The notes under the pieces were generated by a model. That model did no database searches and was not told the origin of the DNA. It worked only from the letters and a program-made list of their open reading frames with translations. A DNA stretch of 64,000 bases from Antedon mediterranea (taxonomy: Eukaryota; Animalia; Echinodermata). A program made the position numbers and the translations under genes. This document shows, one piece after another, positions 34,301 to 43,653 of the stretch. Numbering within the stretch: position 1 is the first letter of the stretch; each line of letters starts with the position of its first letter. The stretch covers positions 23,870,001 through 23,934,000 of the forward strand of contig NC_092674.1 of assembly GCF_964355755.1 (NCBI RefSeq), read 5' to 3'.

Positions 34301-35718
34301 CACACCACACAGCGTAAGGTAGTTATATGCGGCTTCTTGGCGTAGTGGTTATCACGTTTGCTTAACACGCAGAATGTACCTGGTTCGAGCCCGGGCGAAA
34401 CCTTTTTTTTTTTTATTTTATGGTGAAAAGTACTGTATACGCAATATGATAATTATACACAGTATACCTTATTTTTATTATTTTTTTAAATAACTATTTT
34501 GTGTAATCGGTAATTATCACTTTTATACATGTTTATTTTGCTTTGTGCTTATTACCATATTTATTTGTAATTTAAATGGATTAAAAAACTTTGTGTAACC
34601 CACATTTTTAGTGTAAGAGGTTTTGTAGTGTAGTGGTTGTCAAGTCTGCTTAACAACAGGCAGAAGGTCCCGGTTGTTCGAGCCCTGGCGAAACCTATTT
34701 TTCTTTAACTTTATGGTGAAATATACTGTATACGTAATATGATATAGAGTATATCTCGTTTTATTACTCGGGGTACCTGAGTCTAGGACTCTCATCTTTT
34801 CCTCTTCTTCTACCATCCAGACACTATTGAGCAAAAAGTGCGATTTATAAAGTACTACTCCCCCCTTATTCGTTGTAGTATTGAGCTCGGATTTAGCATG
34901 AATATACTACAGGGACATGTCCTCAAAGCTATAGAGCCGGATTTTTTAATTTCAAACCGGATGCAGCCATATCACGTCTCGAAGATGGTACCGTATAGCC
35001 GTATTCGGTAGCGCGGTTAGTGATGTGTATGTGACGTTACATCCGGTCTTATGACGTCATTACAGCTTCTTTCGCTGTACCCCGAGTATTGCACATTCGT
35101 GCTTGTTAAACTTAAGTTTTTGTGCAATAATATGTGTGTATTCTATTTTTTAATGTTTGTTTATATTTGATATATATCTGTTTTTAATTGTACTAATATA
35201 TATTTGCTAATCTTTAAGATTATTATTATAATAATAATAATTATTATTATTTTATATGATAATGGAGAAAAATAAAGTTATTCAGTATTCAGTATTAACT
35301 TGTTTAGTATAATCAACGCCATGAAACCATTCAAATGCCAAGAACATACATAGGTGTATTATATATATAGATAATTAGTATTATTATAAACCTCTCATTC
35401 TTAGTAGATCTGTTTTCATTTGGCATTTTAAATGTTTGTTTTTGGAAATTACAAAAAATAACTAATTTATCATTTCTATTTTATATTCAGGTTTTATTTG
35501 AAATGGTATTATTAGAGCTATGTCCAGAACTGAAAGACCCAAAACTTCTTAAGAAGCTAGAAGAGTTTGATGCCCAGAACAAAGCACAGCTATCAAAGCA
35601 AAGTTCATTAGACTCGCAAGATGGGGAGCATGAGCCACTGACAGAAAAGCCAAAACAAAGGGAGGCAGCAAAAAATGTAGAACAGCCAGAAAATATTGAA
35701 GCAAAATCTGACGAGTAA
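6331..35718 (+). CDS. SNX25: sorting nexin-25-like (TM-PXA-RGS-PX-Nexin_C), 22 coding exons, ~989 aa
   Basis: Phase-consistent GT-AG exons: 6331-6570, 7039-7120, 10462-10546, 11052-11109, 12994-13067, 13426-13604, 13883-14069, 14809-14956, 15663-15868, 16098-16137, 16287-16403, 17271-17444 (alt 17570), 18636-18791, 19025-19156, 29967-30104, 30769-30882, 31277-31368, 31697-31792, 32191-32331, 32690-32871, 33072-33172, 35491-35718. Total 2970 nt. Motifs: N-terminal hydrophobic helices, PXA (VVQDFIMVWY), SNX25-type LLKARNLKRYLNQ..AKAHCERRIRLVGG, RGS (YFWKAVE), PX (WVVSRRLTDFHMLH), Nexin_C (EIFELKGMFKWLRR). Confidence 0.92.
7862..9694 (+). mobile_element. MITE (AG(G/A)GAGGTTTCGCAA termini, AWT flanks, PIF/Harbinger-like) interrupted by a Helitron
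   Basis: ~40-bp TIRs. Colinear with the uninterrupted ~500-bp copy at 48699-49196 except for the 8100-9427 insert. Confidence 0.8.
8100..9427 (+). mobile_element. non-autonomous Helitron
   Basis: Boundaries are defined by the empty-site copy at 48699-49196. It starts TCTATATATAA, ends with a hairpin plus CTAG, sits between A and T, and has no TSD. Confidence 0.8.
9957..10249 (+). mobile_element. 5'-truncated L2-clade LINE 3' end
   Basis: Reads RGLRSE...FSKFGPVMWNELPSVIREQTTVLKFKKVLKTHLF*, then TGTAAAGCGCTTTG...AAAGCGCTATATAAAT (L2-type 3' stem-loop) and an (AAT)n tail. Confidence 0.75.
11648..12682. mobile_element. non-autonomous hAT element
   Basis: TIRs CAGAGCCATATATA..GAGTTACGACATTG and its reverse, with an exact 8-bp TSD ATCTCTGG (11640-11647, 12683-12690). 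Confidence 0.85.
12790..12855 (+). pseudogene. decayed tRNA-like cassette of a dispersed copy of the 25.5-29.2 kb repeat unit
   Basis: gctcaagtggtctaatggttaggaca--atcaagcaga..tcgagttcga..ttggttgggccg with an anticodon-arm deletion. Flanks 11610-11647 and 12683-12960 match the array unit. Confidence 0.75.
13195..13306. mobile_element. ~110-160 bp Harbinger-like MITE family (AGCTCTGTCTACACTATCAAA TIR)
   Basis: TIRs agctctgtctacactatcaa / ttgatagt(g/t)tagacagagct. Further full or partial copies lie near 7213, 10750, 13770, 17026, 18390, 22570, 31070, 36880 and 60976. Confidence 0.7.
14215..14790. repeat. 27-bp G-rich minisatellite in SNX25 intron 7
   Basis: About 21 copies of AAATGGGGTAACATTTTATGGGAGGCC. 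Confidence 0.95.
18137..18279. mobile_element. small hAT MITE
   Basis: CAGTGGCGTAAC / GTTGCGGCCCTG termini with 8-bp TSD TATACTAC. Related copies at ~6718-6921 and ~56965-57145. Confidence 0.7.
19888..21255 (-). CDS. secreted collagen-domain + C-terminal globular C1q protein (C1q/TNF-related, otolin/adiponectin-like), nested in SNX25 intron 14
   Basis: 455-aa single coding exon: hydrophobic signal peptide, Thr-rich stalk, interrupted Gly-X-Y region, and a gC1q domain (SAFSV...NIGNDYNSDTGTFTVRIPGTYVFSF...LKVGDEVWI...FSGFLLY). An acceptor at 21274 and a donor CAG|GTGAGT at 22714 suggest a non-coding first exon. Confidence 0.93.
   Translation of the reverse strand: MARILLKEYFLFAYIVTLVILSSGQTTPKIENVKDNETTEQTPTTEAITTTLPAVPTAPLYPSDTCSIPGVPGVPGSAGIPGIPGTQGEKGDMGEPGPSGPSGQQGISGPPGPPGPRGFTGLNGTNGIGIRGDAGSIGQKGDKGIPGDLGPVGPRGPAGFNGTNGIGIPGDVGQKGDKGDMGMPGDIGPQGFRGPSGFNATGMTGLPGMPGITGQKGERGLTGAVGHQGPRGFAGFNGTNGISIPGPTGSTGQKGEPGVPGLPGVTSGSTGQISTLIPGPPGPVGPQGPKGECLLGSIGPMGLKGEKGSMGLQGNPGNYTKDMKKSAFSVVLTNFRGRISTTKSVKYNLIITNIGNDYNSDTGTFTVRIPGTYVFSFMAMKTSRPGEEAGLYLMRNGAFQLGTRSDGSSPYATSTNIGILNLKVGDEVWIQPFKKFLYSDGSKYPSFSGFLLYPD
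21537..22232. mobile_element. non-autonomous DNA transposon, CAGGGGCGGA termini, 5-bp TSD
   Basis: CAGGGGCGGA...TCCGCCCCTG flanked by CTAAT on both sides. Confidence 0.65.
23436..25319 (+). mobile_element. 5'-truncated CR1-clade LINE with RT domain
   Basis: ORF 23555-25243 has GPDGI, NYRPVSLTS, QFGFR, YLDYKKAFD, GIPQGS, FADD and RTRGH motifs. Upstream frame 23436-23580 (KSFWRY) is frameshifted. There is no endonuclease domain, and the tail is (AAGT/AAAC)n. Confidence 0.92.
25604..25672 (-). pseudogene. inverted tRNA-like cassette lacking its first 3 nt
   Basis: Exact reverse complement of cassette positions 4-72. Confidence 0.8.
25925..25996 (+). tRNA. tRNA-like gene, anticodon ATC (Asp-ATC by anticodon), repeat-borne copy 1
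   Basis: GCCCCAG TG GTCT AATGGTTA GGAC A TCTGC ATATCAA GCAGG CGGT CCGAG TTCGAGT CTCGG TTGGGGC G. All four stems pair, A and B boxes are intact, and TTTTT follows within 3 nt. Function in translation is unproven. Confidence 0.65.
26289..26360 (+). tRNA. tRNA-like gene, anticodon ATC, copy 2
   Basis: Identical to 25925-25996. Confidence 0.65.
26654..26725 (+). tRNA. tRNA-like gene, anticodon ATC, copy 3
   Basis: Identical to 25925-25996. Confidence 0.65.
26925..26996 (+). tRNA. tRNA-like gene, anticodon ATC, copy 4
   Basis: Identical to 25925-25996. Confidence 0.65.
27196..27267 (+). tRNA. tRNA-like gene, anticodon ATC, copy 5
   Basis: Identical to 25925-25996. Confidence 0.65.
27562..27633 (+). 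tRNA. tRNA-like gene, anticodon ATC, copy 6
   Basis: Identical to 25925-25996. Confidence 0.65.
27988..28268 (-). mobile_element. Penelope-like element terminal (pLTR-type) remnant inserted in (TA)n
   Basis: Bounded by (TA)n on both sides and carries a minimal hammerhead ribozyme. Its 3' part recurs at 45549-45624. Confidence 0.6.
28115..28151 (-). ncRNA. minimal type I hammerhead ribozyme
   Basis: Minus strand gca CTGATGA A GGGCAA-GTG-TTGCCC GAAA GC TC tgc: conserved core, 6-bp stem II, palindromic AGCT stem III, 3-bp stem I. Confidence 0.75.
28595..28666 (+). tRNA. tRNA-like cassette, anticodon ATC, subfamily B copy 1
   Basis: As subfamily A, but D stem GTCT/GGGC and an A27-A43 mismatch. 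Confidence 0.5.
28967..29038 (+). pseudogene. tRNA-like cassette, anticodon ATC, subfamily B copy 2
   Basis: As 28595-28666 plus a T-stem mismatch (CTCGA). Confidence 0.5.
29470..29677 (-). mobile_element. tRNA-derived SINE (family shared with 44530-44800)
   Basis: Minus-strand head gtggagctgtagcttggtggtt...ggttcaatcc, shared body, and A-rich tail. Confidence 0.65.
29693..29878. mobile_element. Tc1/mariner-pogo-type MITE
   Basis: Perfect 24-bp TIR CAGTCAACTCTCCCAATACCGGAC with TA TSD. Confidence 0.9.
30131..30374. mobile_element. degenerate MITE (CCGTATTTATTCGAATA-type TIR)
   Basis: ccatatttattcgaataaacgcc / ggcgtttatttaaataaatatag. A related copy lies at ~63262-63382. Confidence 0.5.
33545..33800 (+). 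pseudogene. decayed LINE ORF2 C-terminus (Rex1/Babar-like)
   Basis: DHPL...GRIHVPITKTNRTRYAFVANAIHIIN across frameshifts. A possible (TATTCAG)n tail lies at ~35279-35296. Confidence 0.45.
33899..34235 (+). mobile_element. non-autonomous Helentron-type element, copy 1
   Basis: 5' hairpin ACTCGGG-GTA-CCCGAGT, 12-bp subTIR pair TACTCGGGGTAC/GTACCCCGAGTA, 3' hairpin GCAC-AATC-GTGC, and T-rich ends. Confidence 0.75.
34331..34403 (+). pseudogene. tRNA-Val(AAC)-derived pseudogene
   Basis: GGCTTCTTGGCGTAGTGGTTATCACGTTTGCTTAACACGCAGAATGTACCTGGTTCGAGCCCGGGCGAAACC closely resembles metazoan tRNA-Val(AAC). There are two acceptor-stem mismatches, and a long T run follows. Confidence 0.75.
34619..34696 (+). 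pseudogene. second, more decayed tRNA-Val-derived copy
   Basis: GGTTTTGTAGTGTAGTGGTTGTCAAGTCTGCTTAAC(AAC)AGGCAGAAGGTCCCGG(TT)GTTCGAGCCCTGGCGAAACC, with insertions in the anticodon loop and T arm. Confidence 0.7.
34763..35107 (+). mobile_element. non-autonomous Helentron-type element, copy 2
   Basis: Direct repeat of 33899-34235 with the same subTIRs and 3' hairpin GCAC-ATTC-GTGC. Confidence 0.75.
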
Positions 35719-36099
35719 TTTTCAGGAAAATGTTCACCTTGTTTCTAGTGTGCAACTTGTGTTTGATTTATTAACATTTTCCAAACTAAAATTTTGAATC
35801 GTTTTAGGAACCTATTTGTCATCATTGAGTCTGTTTTATTTTTACCATCAACTGGTATTTAAAAGTGGTGAATAGTTCTCAGTTCCATAAATCTTAATCA
35901 CTGATTAAGTTTTTTCTCTCAATATTTACAAAGTTAGGAAACAGCTATTTTTAACCTTGATATCAGTGTTTTCTTCCTTTGAAGGAAACCAAAGACAGAT
36001 AAATGGCTCTTTCCTTTATCACTTATTTTGTTTGTTTTGTTCCACAACTAAACCCCGAAAGCATTTCAACCTGAGTCCATTTATATGGCTTTTATTCTT

Positions 36100-36410
36100 T
36101 ATCATTAGTAGTTTTTAATGAATTTTGCCAAACTAAAATCTGTACCAGTTTATGCCCAGCTCTATTCATTATCATTGAATAACCAAATTGGATTGATGTA
36201 TCTGTGTTTAGTGCATGGCTGTTATTCTTTATCTTTTGTACAGTTTGTTGATGAATTTTACCAAACTAAAATCTGAGATCATTATATACTGTACCAGTTT
36301 ATGCCCAGCTCTATTCATTATCATTGAATAACCAAATTCTGATTGATGTATCTGTGTTTAGTGCATGACTTTATTCTTTATCTTTTGTACAGTTTTTTAA
36401 TGAATTTTAC
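36100..36410 (+). repeat. ~140-bp tandem duplication in the presumed SNX25 3'UTR
   Basis: The block ccaaactaaaatctg...taccagtttatgcccagctctattcattatcattgaataaccaaatt...gtgcatg occurs twice. Confidence 0.75.
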
Positions 36411-37500
36411 GTCACATTTATGTGTATCTATATTCTTCATCACTGAATGACGACCAAATTTGGATTGCTATATCCGCTTTTTTCAATTAATTGAGGTACA
36501 GTAATTTCTTTATTACACACTATTACATAAATGTGGTATCACTATATTACTTTGAACTGCATTTGGTTTCTTAGTTAATTTATCTGTGTGTTTTGTTCCG
36601 TGTTTAGCAGCCTAGCTGTACAGTAGTCAAGTAGTAATAGAATTTTGTAATTTTATATTTAAGAAGGTGCTGGGATTTTTATAGTAACATTTCCATCCTA
36701 AAACAGATATCTTTTTTTACTACTGTTGAATTTAAAAAATATATTTTTGAAATGACAAAGATTGGAAAATATCTTGTGAATGGTTTGTTCAACCAATTTT
36801 TTTTAATGTCATATCATTTTACAATAGTGGCCTTAAAACTAATTTTGGAGTGTTTTATTTTTTTATTTTGAGATGCATAAAGCTCTGACTACACTATCAA
36901 ACTTTATGTGACAAACAAAATGTGATGTGCCCATATATGGACATGATGATGCATACATATTTGGGCACATCACACTTTTTTGTCAAACTATCTTGATAGT
37001 ACAGACAGAGCTTAAACTTCTAACCAAACAAAATTTCATGACTTATCGATATTGCTTGCTAGGTCATAGATTTTATCAAAGAGATATTTTATATTAAATA
37101 AAAAATTGTGTAGTATTTAAAATAATTGAAAAGAAATCAACTAACTTTGCGTGTAAGATTCACCAAATACTCACTTTATAGCCAAATTCAGCTATGCAAT
37201 ATGCAACATATGAAAGTGTCTGAGGTGCGAGTGACACTTGAATTTACATACATGTGTGTAGATATAGGAATCTTTTTCTATAATACAAGAGACCCTTTTG
37301 GGACTTTTTTACGAAACAAACATGAAGAAATATATGTTCTAACACTACAATTAAGGAGATGTTTGTTGTTTGTTGTTGGTCCTGAAGGTATATTTATAAG
37401 GTGTAATAAAATAATAAGCTTTTATAGATTTTTATTGATAAAAATAAATGCTGTAGTATAGACTACTGTATTGTACTGTGCACAAATAAACATACAATTT

Positions 37501-38082
37501 CGTAAAACAAAAAGATATCTCACTCAGTCTCATAAAACAAAAAGATATCTCACTCAGTCTCATAAAACAAAAAGATATCTCACTCAGTCTCATAAAACAA
37601 AAAGATATCTCACTCAGTCTCATAAAACAAAAAGATATCTCACTCAGTCTCATAAAACAAAAAGATATCTCACTCAGTCTCATAAAACAAAAAGATATCT
37701 CACTCAGTCTCATAAAACAAAAAGATATCTCACTCAGTCTCATAAAACAAAAAGATATCTCACTCAGTCTCATAAAACAAAAAGATATCTCACTCAGTCT
37801 CATAAAACAAAAAGATATCTCACTCAGTCTCATAAAACAAAAATATATCTCACTCAGTCTCATAAAACAAAAAGATATCTCACTCAGTCTCATAAAACAA
37901 AAAGATATCTCACTCAGTCTCATAAAACAAAAAGATATCTCACTCAGTCTCATAAAACAAAAAGATATCTCACTCAGTCTCATAAAACAAAAAGATATCT
38001 CACTCAGTCTCATAAAACAAAAAGATATCTCACTCAGTCTCATAAAACAAAAAGATATCTCACTCAGTCTCATAAAACAAAA
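37501..38082. repeat. 30-bp minisatellite
   Basis: 19 full copies plus a partial of CATAAAACAAAAAGATATCTCACTCAGTCT, almost invariant. Confidence 0.97.
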
Positions 38083-39534
38083 ATATTGTTGAAATAGAAT
38101 CCAAGAACATATATAGGTTTAATAGGAAAGTGCAAATAGAGATGTACATAAATACTAAATATTGGATTCCATTCCTTCTATGAAGGATTATGCAATTTGT
38201 TTATCTAATTCTCTGTAGTGCATCTACAATTGGTCCACAATTGCCAGACTAATTATGTGATTCAGTGTAACATGTATATCACATGTGGTGCTGTATTTAA
38301 TCTAACCTATTCTATGTTACATGTAAACGCTGTGTAACAAATTTTGCCTGCTATACTGGACAAACATTGCTGTACTTTCCACTGAGAATCGGTATTGAAT
38401 TGTTAAACATTATTTACAAGAGAATTTTATTGTCAATCATGGTTGTTCATATTTGTTTAGTATTTATAGTATATGTATTTCATAACAGATTGTATAGCAA
38501 GTTATTTATTTTATACTTTTCTATTTTAAGGGGAAATAAAGAGTGTTTTACAAAAACATAACTTATGTTATACTGTATTTTTTTGTATTCGAAAACCATG
38601 GGCGTGTCCAGTAAATCAGAAAATGGTTTGGGTCGAAGCCACGATTCCTTGAACTTGGGTGCAATCACAAGAGTAAAGCTGAACCCCCAGGGTGACTAGG
38701 CTCCCAGGTGTTCAAGGATGTGTGTGTTTATAGTGTCTAAAAAAATCAGTTCATATTCAATGAGTGAGTGACCGAGTGGCCCAAGACAGCAGAACCATAA
38801 TTTCGACAAGGGTAAGTCTCACCAGGTCTTGCATGCAAAAGTGCTTGAAAACCTTTCTATTTGATGTCCCACTAAAAAAAGCAATGGTTCATCTGTGTCA
38901 AATTACTTCCATTGGGTTTCATTGTGGTCTAGATGTGTATTGTACATTGAATCTCCAGTCGACATGACCAGAACATGTGTGCTGATATTATGATGTGAGC
39001 GGTTAAGGCAGGGGCGCTGCAAACTATAGCTATACAATCAGCACAGTTTCAAATCATAAGTAAAGGACTTAAAACTGGAGGTCAAATGCACACGTCTAGC
39101 TCATGTGCACCCAGTACATCTTTTGGAAGGGCAAGGATTACCCCAGTGTACAGATCCATTCAGCCCCTGTGTAAGCATTTAACTACCATAGTAAAGCACA
39201 GTAACACACAAAATACTCTTTCCATGATCAATTTATTGTGAACTCCACACCATTATTGTGACAAAATATTATTAGCGGTCTCTTGAAAATATTACAGGCT
39301 TTTTATCTGGCAATTCAATTTATACAATATATATTATTTATTTAGCTGGTTTTAAACCTAAAGGAATTTTAAGTATTTTATTCTGAATTCATTTGGACCC
39401 ATGTAAATTTTAAATCTGTCTTTCATGGAAAGCAGTTTTTAATTTTTCTCTGCTGCACCCCACACAAACACGCTCAAATTAGTTCTAGTGGAAACTGCAG
39501 ATACTATTGTACTTGTTTAAAACGGTACAGTCAC

Positions 39535-41581
39535 CTATTCGTAGATCCATGCGTTTTCGGTTGGCTTCCAATCTGTAAGTTCTGTCTTGTTGAACCAATG
39601 GCCAATTTCTTTCTTTGCGCTATCCACTCCGTCAGAGCCATGGCAAATGTTGCGTCCAATGTTGATGCAAAAGTCCCCACGAATGGTTCCTGGTAGTGAT
39701 TTTAACTGTGAAATAAGATTATTATTTATATTAACATATGTATATTTTATATGCAAGTGACAATAAATGGAAGTAATTTTCCACTGATGAATGAATGAAT
39801 GAAAAAGAAATATGTTCGTTAATGGAAAATGCAACTTAAAACGAAAATTGTATGTAAACAGATGGTATAAACAAACATTGTTAATAGAAATGTATAGTGT
39901 ACTAAAATGAAAATGTGAGAAAAAGTATATGTAAAGAGATAAGGAACATGTATATGGGAAAAATGGGATGAACCCACATAAGATTAAAAAAACAATGTTG
40001 TAAAAAAGGCTCGACTACACTTACAGGATCGGTTTCACCAAGAAGAATTCTTCCTTGTTTGACAGCATCTGTGCCTTCCCATACCATTGGGAACACGGGT
40101 CCCTCAGACATGTACTTGCACAGTCCTGGAAAAAACTTCTTGGTTTTCAGGTCACTGTAATGTTCCTGAACATGATCAAGATCAGCCTGAAATGAAATTG
40201 CAAAAAAAGGGTGGATAATCATACTTTTAAGTAACATATTATATTATTATTACTCCATGGTAACTCCAGCAGTATAATTATAGTAAAACATATTTTCAAT
40301 TTTAATTGCTCACACAATTAGCAATGCAAGGGTCGCCTGCACAGAAGCTTTGTTGGGTCATAATAAAATAAAATTTGCTTAATTTTGTTGATCGCCATAA
40401 AAATCTTCTATTTACCAGTGCAGCCTTAATTAGACTGACTTTAGCCATAATACTGTTTTTAAAAAATGCACAAACCTTAGCTAGCAGGGCCGGGCTCGGC
40501 GCTCTACCAACATACAAGTATGGCATGCCACAAGTATTACATACCAGCCAGAAGAAGTTATTGTTATTTAGGATTAGGCCAAGTTGAGCCGCCGACAAGT
40601 TGAGCCGCCGCCAGAAAAACGTTATTTTCTATGGAACGCCAAATGCTAACTTTCGCCGGTGCTCGTTGTTTTATAATATTATAATTTACGACGTAACAAG
40701 TTTAATTAATAGTGATGTTGGACACATGTAAAGTAGGTCTGTCTAATTGCTAAAATTAAATATTATTATTAAACTTGTTAGTCACATAAATTAAAAAAAA
40801 TCCCTGTACTATAGTACAGAGATTTTTTTAAAGTAATACTGTGTAACCAAAATTAAAATAACGGGATTAAAAATCGTGATTGTTTCATTATTTATATTTA
40901 CATTAAATTTAATTTATTCTGTAAATAAGATAATAGACTTTGATAAAAACAACAAAATGAAGTAGGCCTAGGCCTACAGTATGTTTATATTTTGATTTTA
41001 TTAACTGTTAAAACCTTGAAAAACAATAAAATTTGTATACGTTACTTTTTTGCACGTTTGTATTTTAAAAAACGCCAACAGGTCTACTCTGTGAGCCTAC
41101 TGCTTGACGGCGTAATCATTACACGGAATATAGTAAAAGACGCGGTGGGCGTTTCATAGAAACTAGCGGCGGCTCAACTTGTCGGCGGCCCAAACGGTCA
41201 TATCCCGTTATTTATATTGCAACAAAAAAATTTATATTTAATTAAAACTCGACCGATTTATATCATCGTACTCGTAACCATCCAAAAATAGAAGAATTAC
41301 ATTTTACGATGAGCCTAATAACTCAATTCATTCATAACTAGGCCTAGGCTAGTAGTATTCTAGGCCAAGGCAAGAAGTGGAGGCGTAGGCAGCATAAACC
41401 GGGTACGCCGCCAATGTCATTGAAGGACAAAAATGGTGAGACTTTCTCTCACCTTCATTAATTTTGCGGCTACAAGTTTGTAGCCTTTTCGTTGAAAACG
41501 TTTCATAATCTCAGGAATAAGACCTCTCTCAACCCCATCGGGCTTAACCATGATAAAGGTTCTCTCAGTTTTGTCACTCAT
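39535..41581 (-). CDS. NME: nucleoside diphosphate kinase, group I (NME1/NME2/awd-like), 3 coding exons, 153 aa
   Basis: Exons 41581-41453, 40186-40025 and 39705-39535, all phase 0 and GT-AG. Sequence: [16 protein letters not shown]...PMVWEG...[10 protein letters not shown]...PGTIRGDFC...GRNICHGSD (catalytic His)...WIYE. Confidence 0.96.
40571..41206. mobile_element. non-autonomous DNA transposon in NDPK intron 1 (GG termini; Merlin- or MULE-like)
   Basis: TIRs built from repeated AAGTTGAGCCGCCG, with TSD GTTATTTA (40563-40570, 41207-41214). Confidence 0.7.
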
Positions 41582-42607
41582 TATTTGAAATAACTTGGAC
41601 AAATAAAGACAAAAAAATGATCAACCCTCCTTAATCACACCGTGGAACGGAAAGGCTGTCCACACGTTGAAACCTCAAGCAGCATGATATCCTATATACC
41701 CCCCTCTATAACTTTAAAGGTCTGTGCGTTACGTATGAAACGCCAAAAATGACAATTTCCTTTGTCTAATGGCATCAATGAAGGAAAAACACACACAAAA
41801 CAAACAATCAAGGAAAAAAAGGTCAGATGTAGGCCTACTGAAACTTGTATGGTCAGTGGTCCATTAACGCTCAGAGGCCTACCTTGTTATCAATGTAAGT
41901 GGAACAATCATCTATCTCTAGAAGTAGGCCTAAATAAAAAAGGCAAATCTTGTTTGTAATGGAAAGAGCGAAGTTGGCACGTCAATAAAAAAAAAACAGC
42001 ATTAGAGATTTGTCATCGTTACCATTTGTTAATACGCGTGCCGGAATCTAAATGCATTGAATCTAAAAAAAATAACATCAAAGGTTTCATGTCCGTTGCC
42101 GACAGAGCGTGTTACAACATAAGTAGGCTTCAGAGGCGCTGCGGAGGAAGTTCCCAGCAGGGTCGACCCCGATTCGATTAGGCCGGTTGATAACTTGACA
42201 ATCACCAGGCACTACAAAATAATAATAGTAACAGTTTATGTGCAACTTTCTAGAGTTTTCTAGAAAAAAAATTTAGAAAACTCAGATCTGAGTTTTCTAG
42301 ATCCTAGAAAACTCAGATATATCTGCGATCTGAGTTTTTTAGATCTGAGTTTTTTAGATCTGAGTTTTCTAGACACCCTCGCGCCAACAGATGGTGTTCA
42401 AAGAGCGTATCTCTTTGATTGGCAGCAGTGCTTGTAAGCGCGTTGCGCATTACAGTTTGATCGCAACGCCGGCCTATACAAGTCCTTGTGTTTTTTGTCC
42501 ATTTTAGACAGCCAATGAGAGAGAGATAAATCTAAACAAAAGTATTAAACCACGCCCTCTACACTGTTATGATAACAATCATCATTATAGTTTCATAATT
42601 GATATTA

Positions 42608-43559
42608 CAGTAGTACTTATGGAACGCCTCCTCTGCCTTCAGTTCACATTTGTCATGCAGTACACACCAATCGTCATGCAGTACACACCAATGGTCATGC
42701 AGTACACACCAATCGTCATGCAGTACACACCAAACATCATGCAGTACACACCAATCGTCATGCAGTACACACCAAACATCATGCAGTACACACCAATCGT
42801 CATGCAGTACACACCAATCGTCATGCAGTACACACCAGTGGTCATGCAGTACACACCAATCGTCATGCAGTACACACCAATCGTCATGCAGTACACACCA
42901 ATCGTCATGCAGTCAAATATTGCGTAATTTATACCGCCACCTATCGACAAAATCGAATATCACGTGACGTTTATTAGACGGCTGTAAAACTAGGCTATTC
43001 AAACATTATACTACAGCAACTCACGCTGTCTACTACTACACCGCACGTGCTTTATGACTAAAATGGCTGGAAAAACTATTAAATAAATCTTGGAATCTAT
43101 AGGACGTAAAGCACGTGCGGTGGTGTAGTAGTAGACAGCGTGAGTTGCTGTAGTATAAAGTTTGTATATAGCCTTAGTTTTACAGCCGTCTAATAAAAGT
43201 CACGTGATATTCAATTTTGTCGATAGGTGGCGGTATAAATTACGCAATATTGGACTGCATGGCGATTGGTGTGTACTGCATGACGATTGGTGTGTACTGC
43301 ATGACGATTGGTGTGTACTGCATGACCATTGGTGTGTACTGCATGACGATTGGTGTGTACTGCATGACGTTTGGTGTGTACTGCATGATGATTGGTGTGT
43401 ACTGCATGACGATTGGTGTGTACTGCATGATGTTTGGTGTGTACTGCATGACCATTGGTGTGTACTGCATGACCATTGGTGTGTACTGCATGACCATTGG
43501 TGTGTACTGCATGATAAATGTGAACTGAAGGCAGAGGAGGCGTTCCATAAGTACTACGG
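42608..43559. mobile_element. foldback element with ~450-bp inverted arms containing 21-bp tandem repeats
   Basis: Arms 42608-43054 and 43107-43559, each with 12 copies of CATGCAGTACACACCAATCGT. ~52-bp spacer, TA flanks. Confidence 0.9.
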
Positions 43560-43653
43560 TAATTAAAGGCTAAAGTGATTTGCATACAGTAACACATACG
43601 GATTCTATTACAGTTTCACACAACGCATACTCTAATTAACACAACATCACAAG

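Noticed and set aside
37432-38097. 208-213 aa repetitive ORFs on both strands
   Set aside because: They are artefacts of a stop-free 30-bp minisatellite.
41645-41700. TATA plus TCT-like initiator for NDPK
   Set aside because: The ~44-nt spacing is off canonical, so it cannot be supported without TSS data.
42619-43597. His/Met/Cys-rich ORFs (MQYTPIV, HDDWCVL repeats)
   Set aside because: They are translations of the 21-bp repeats in the foldback arms, mirrored on both strands.
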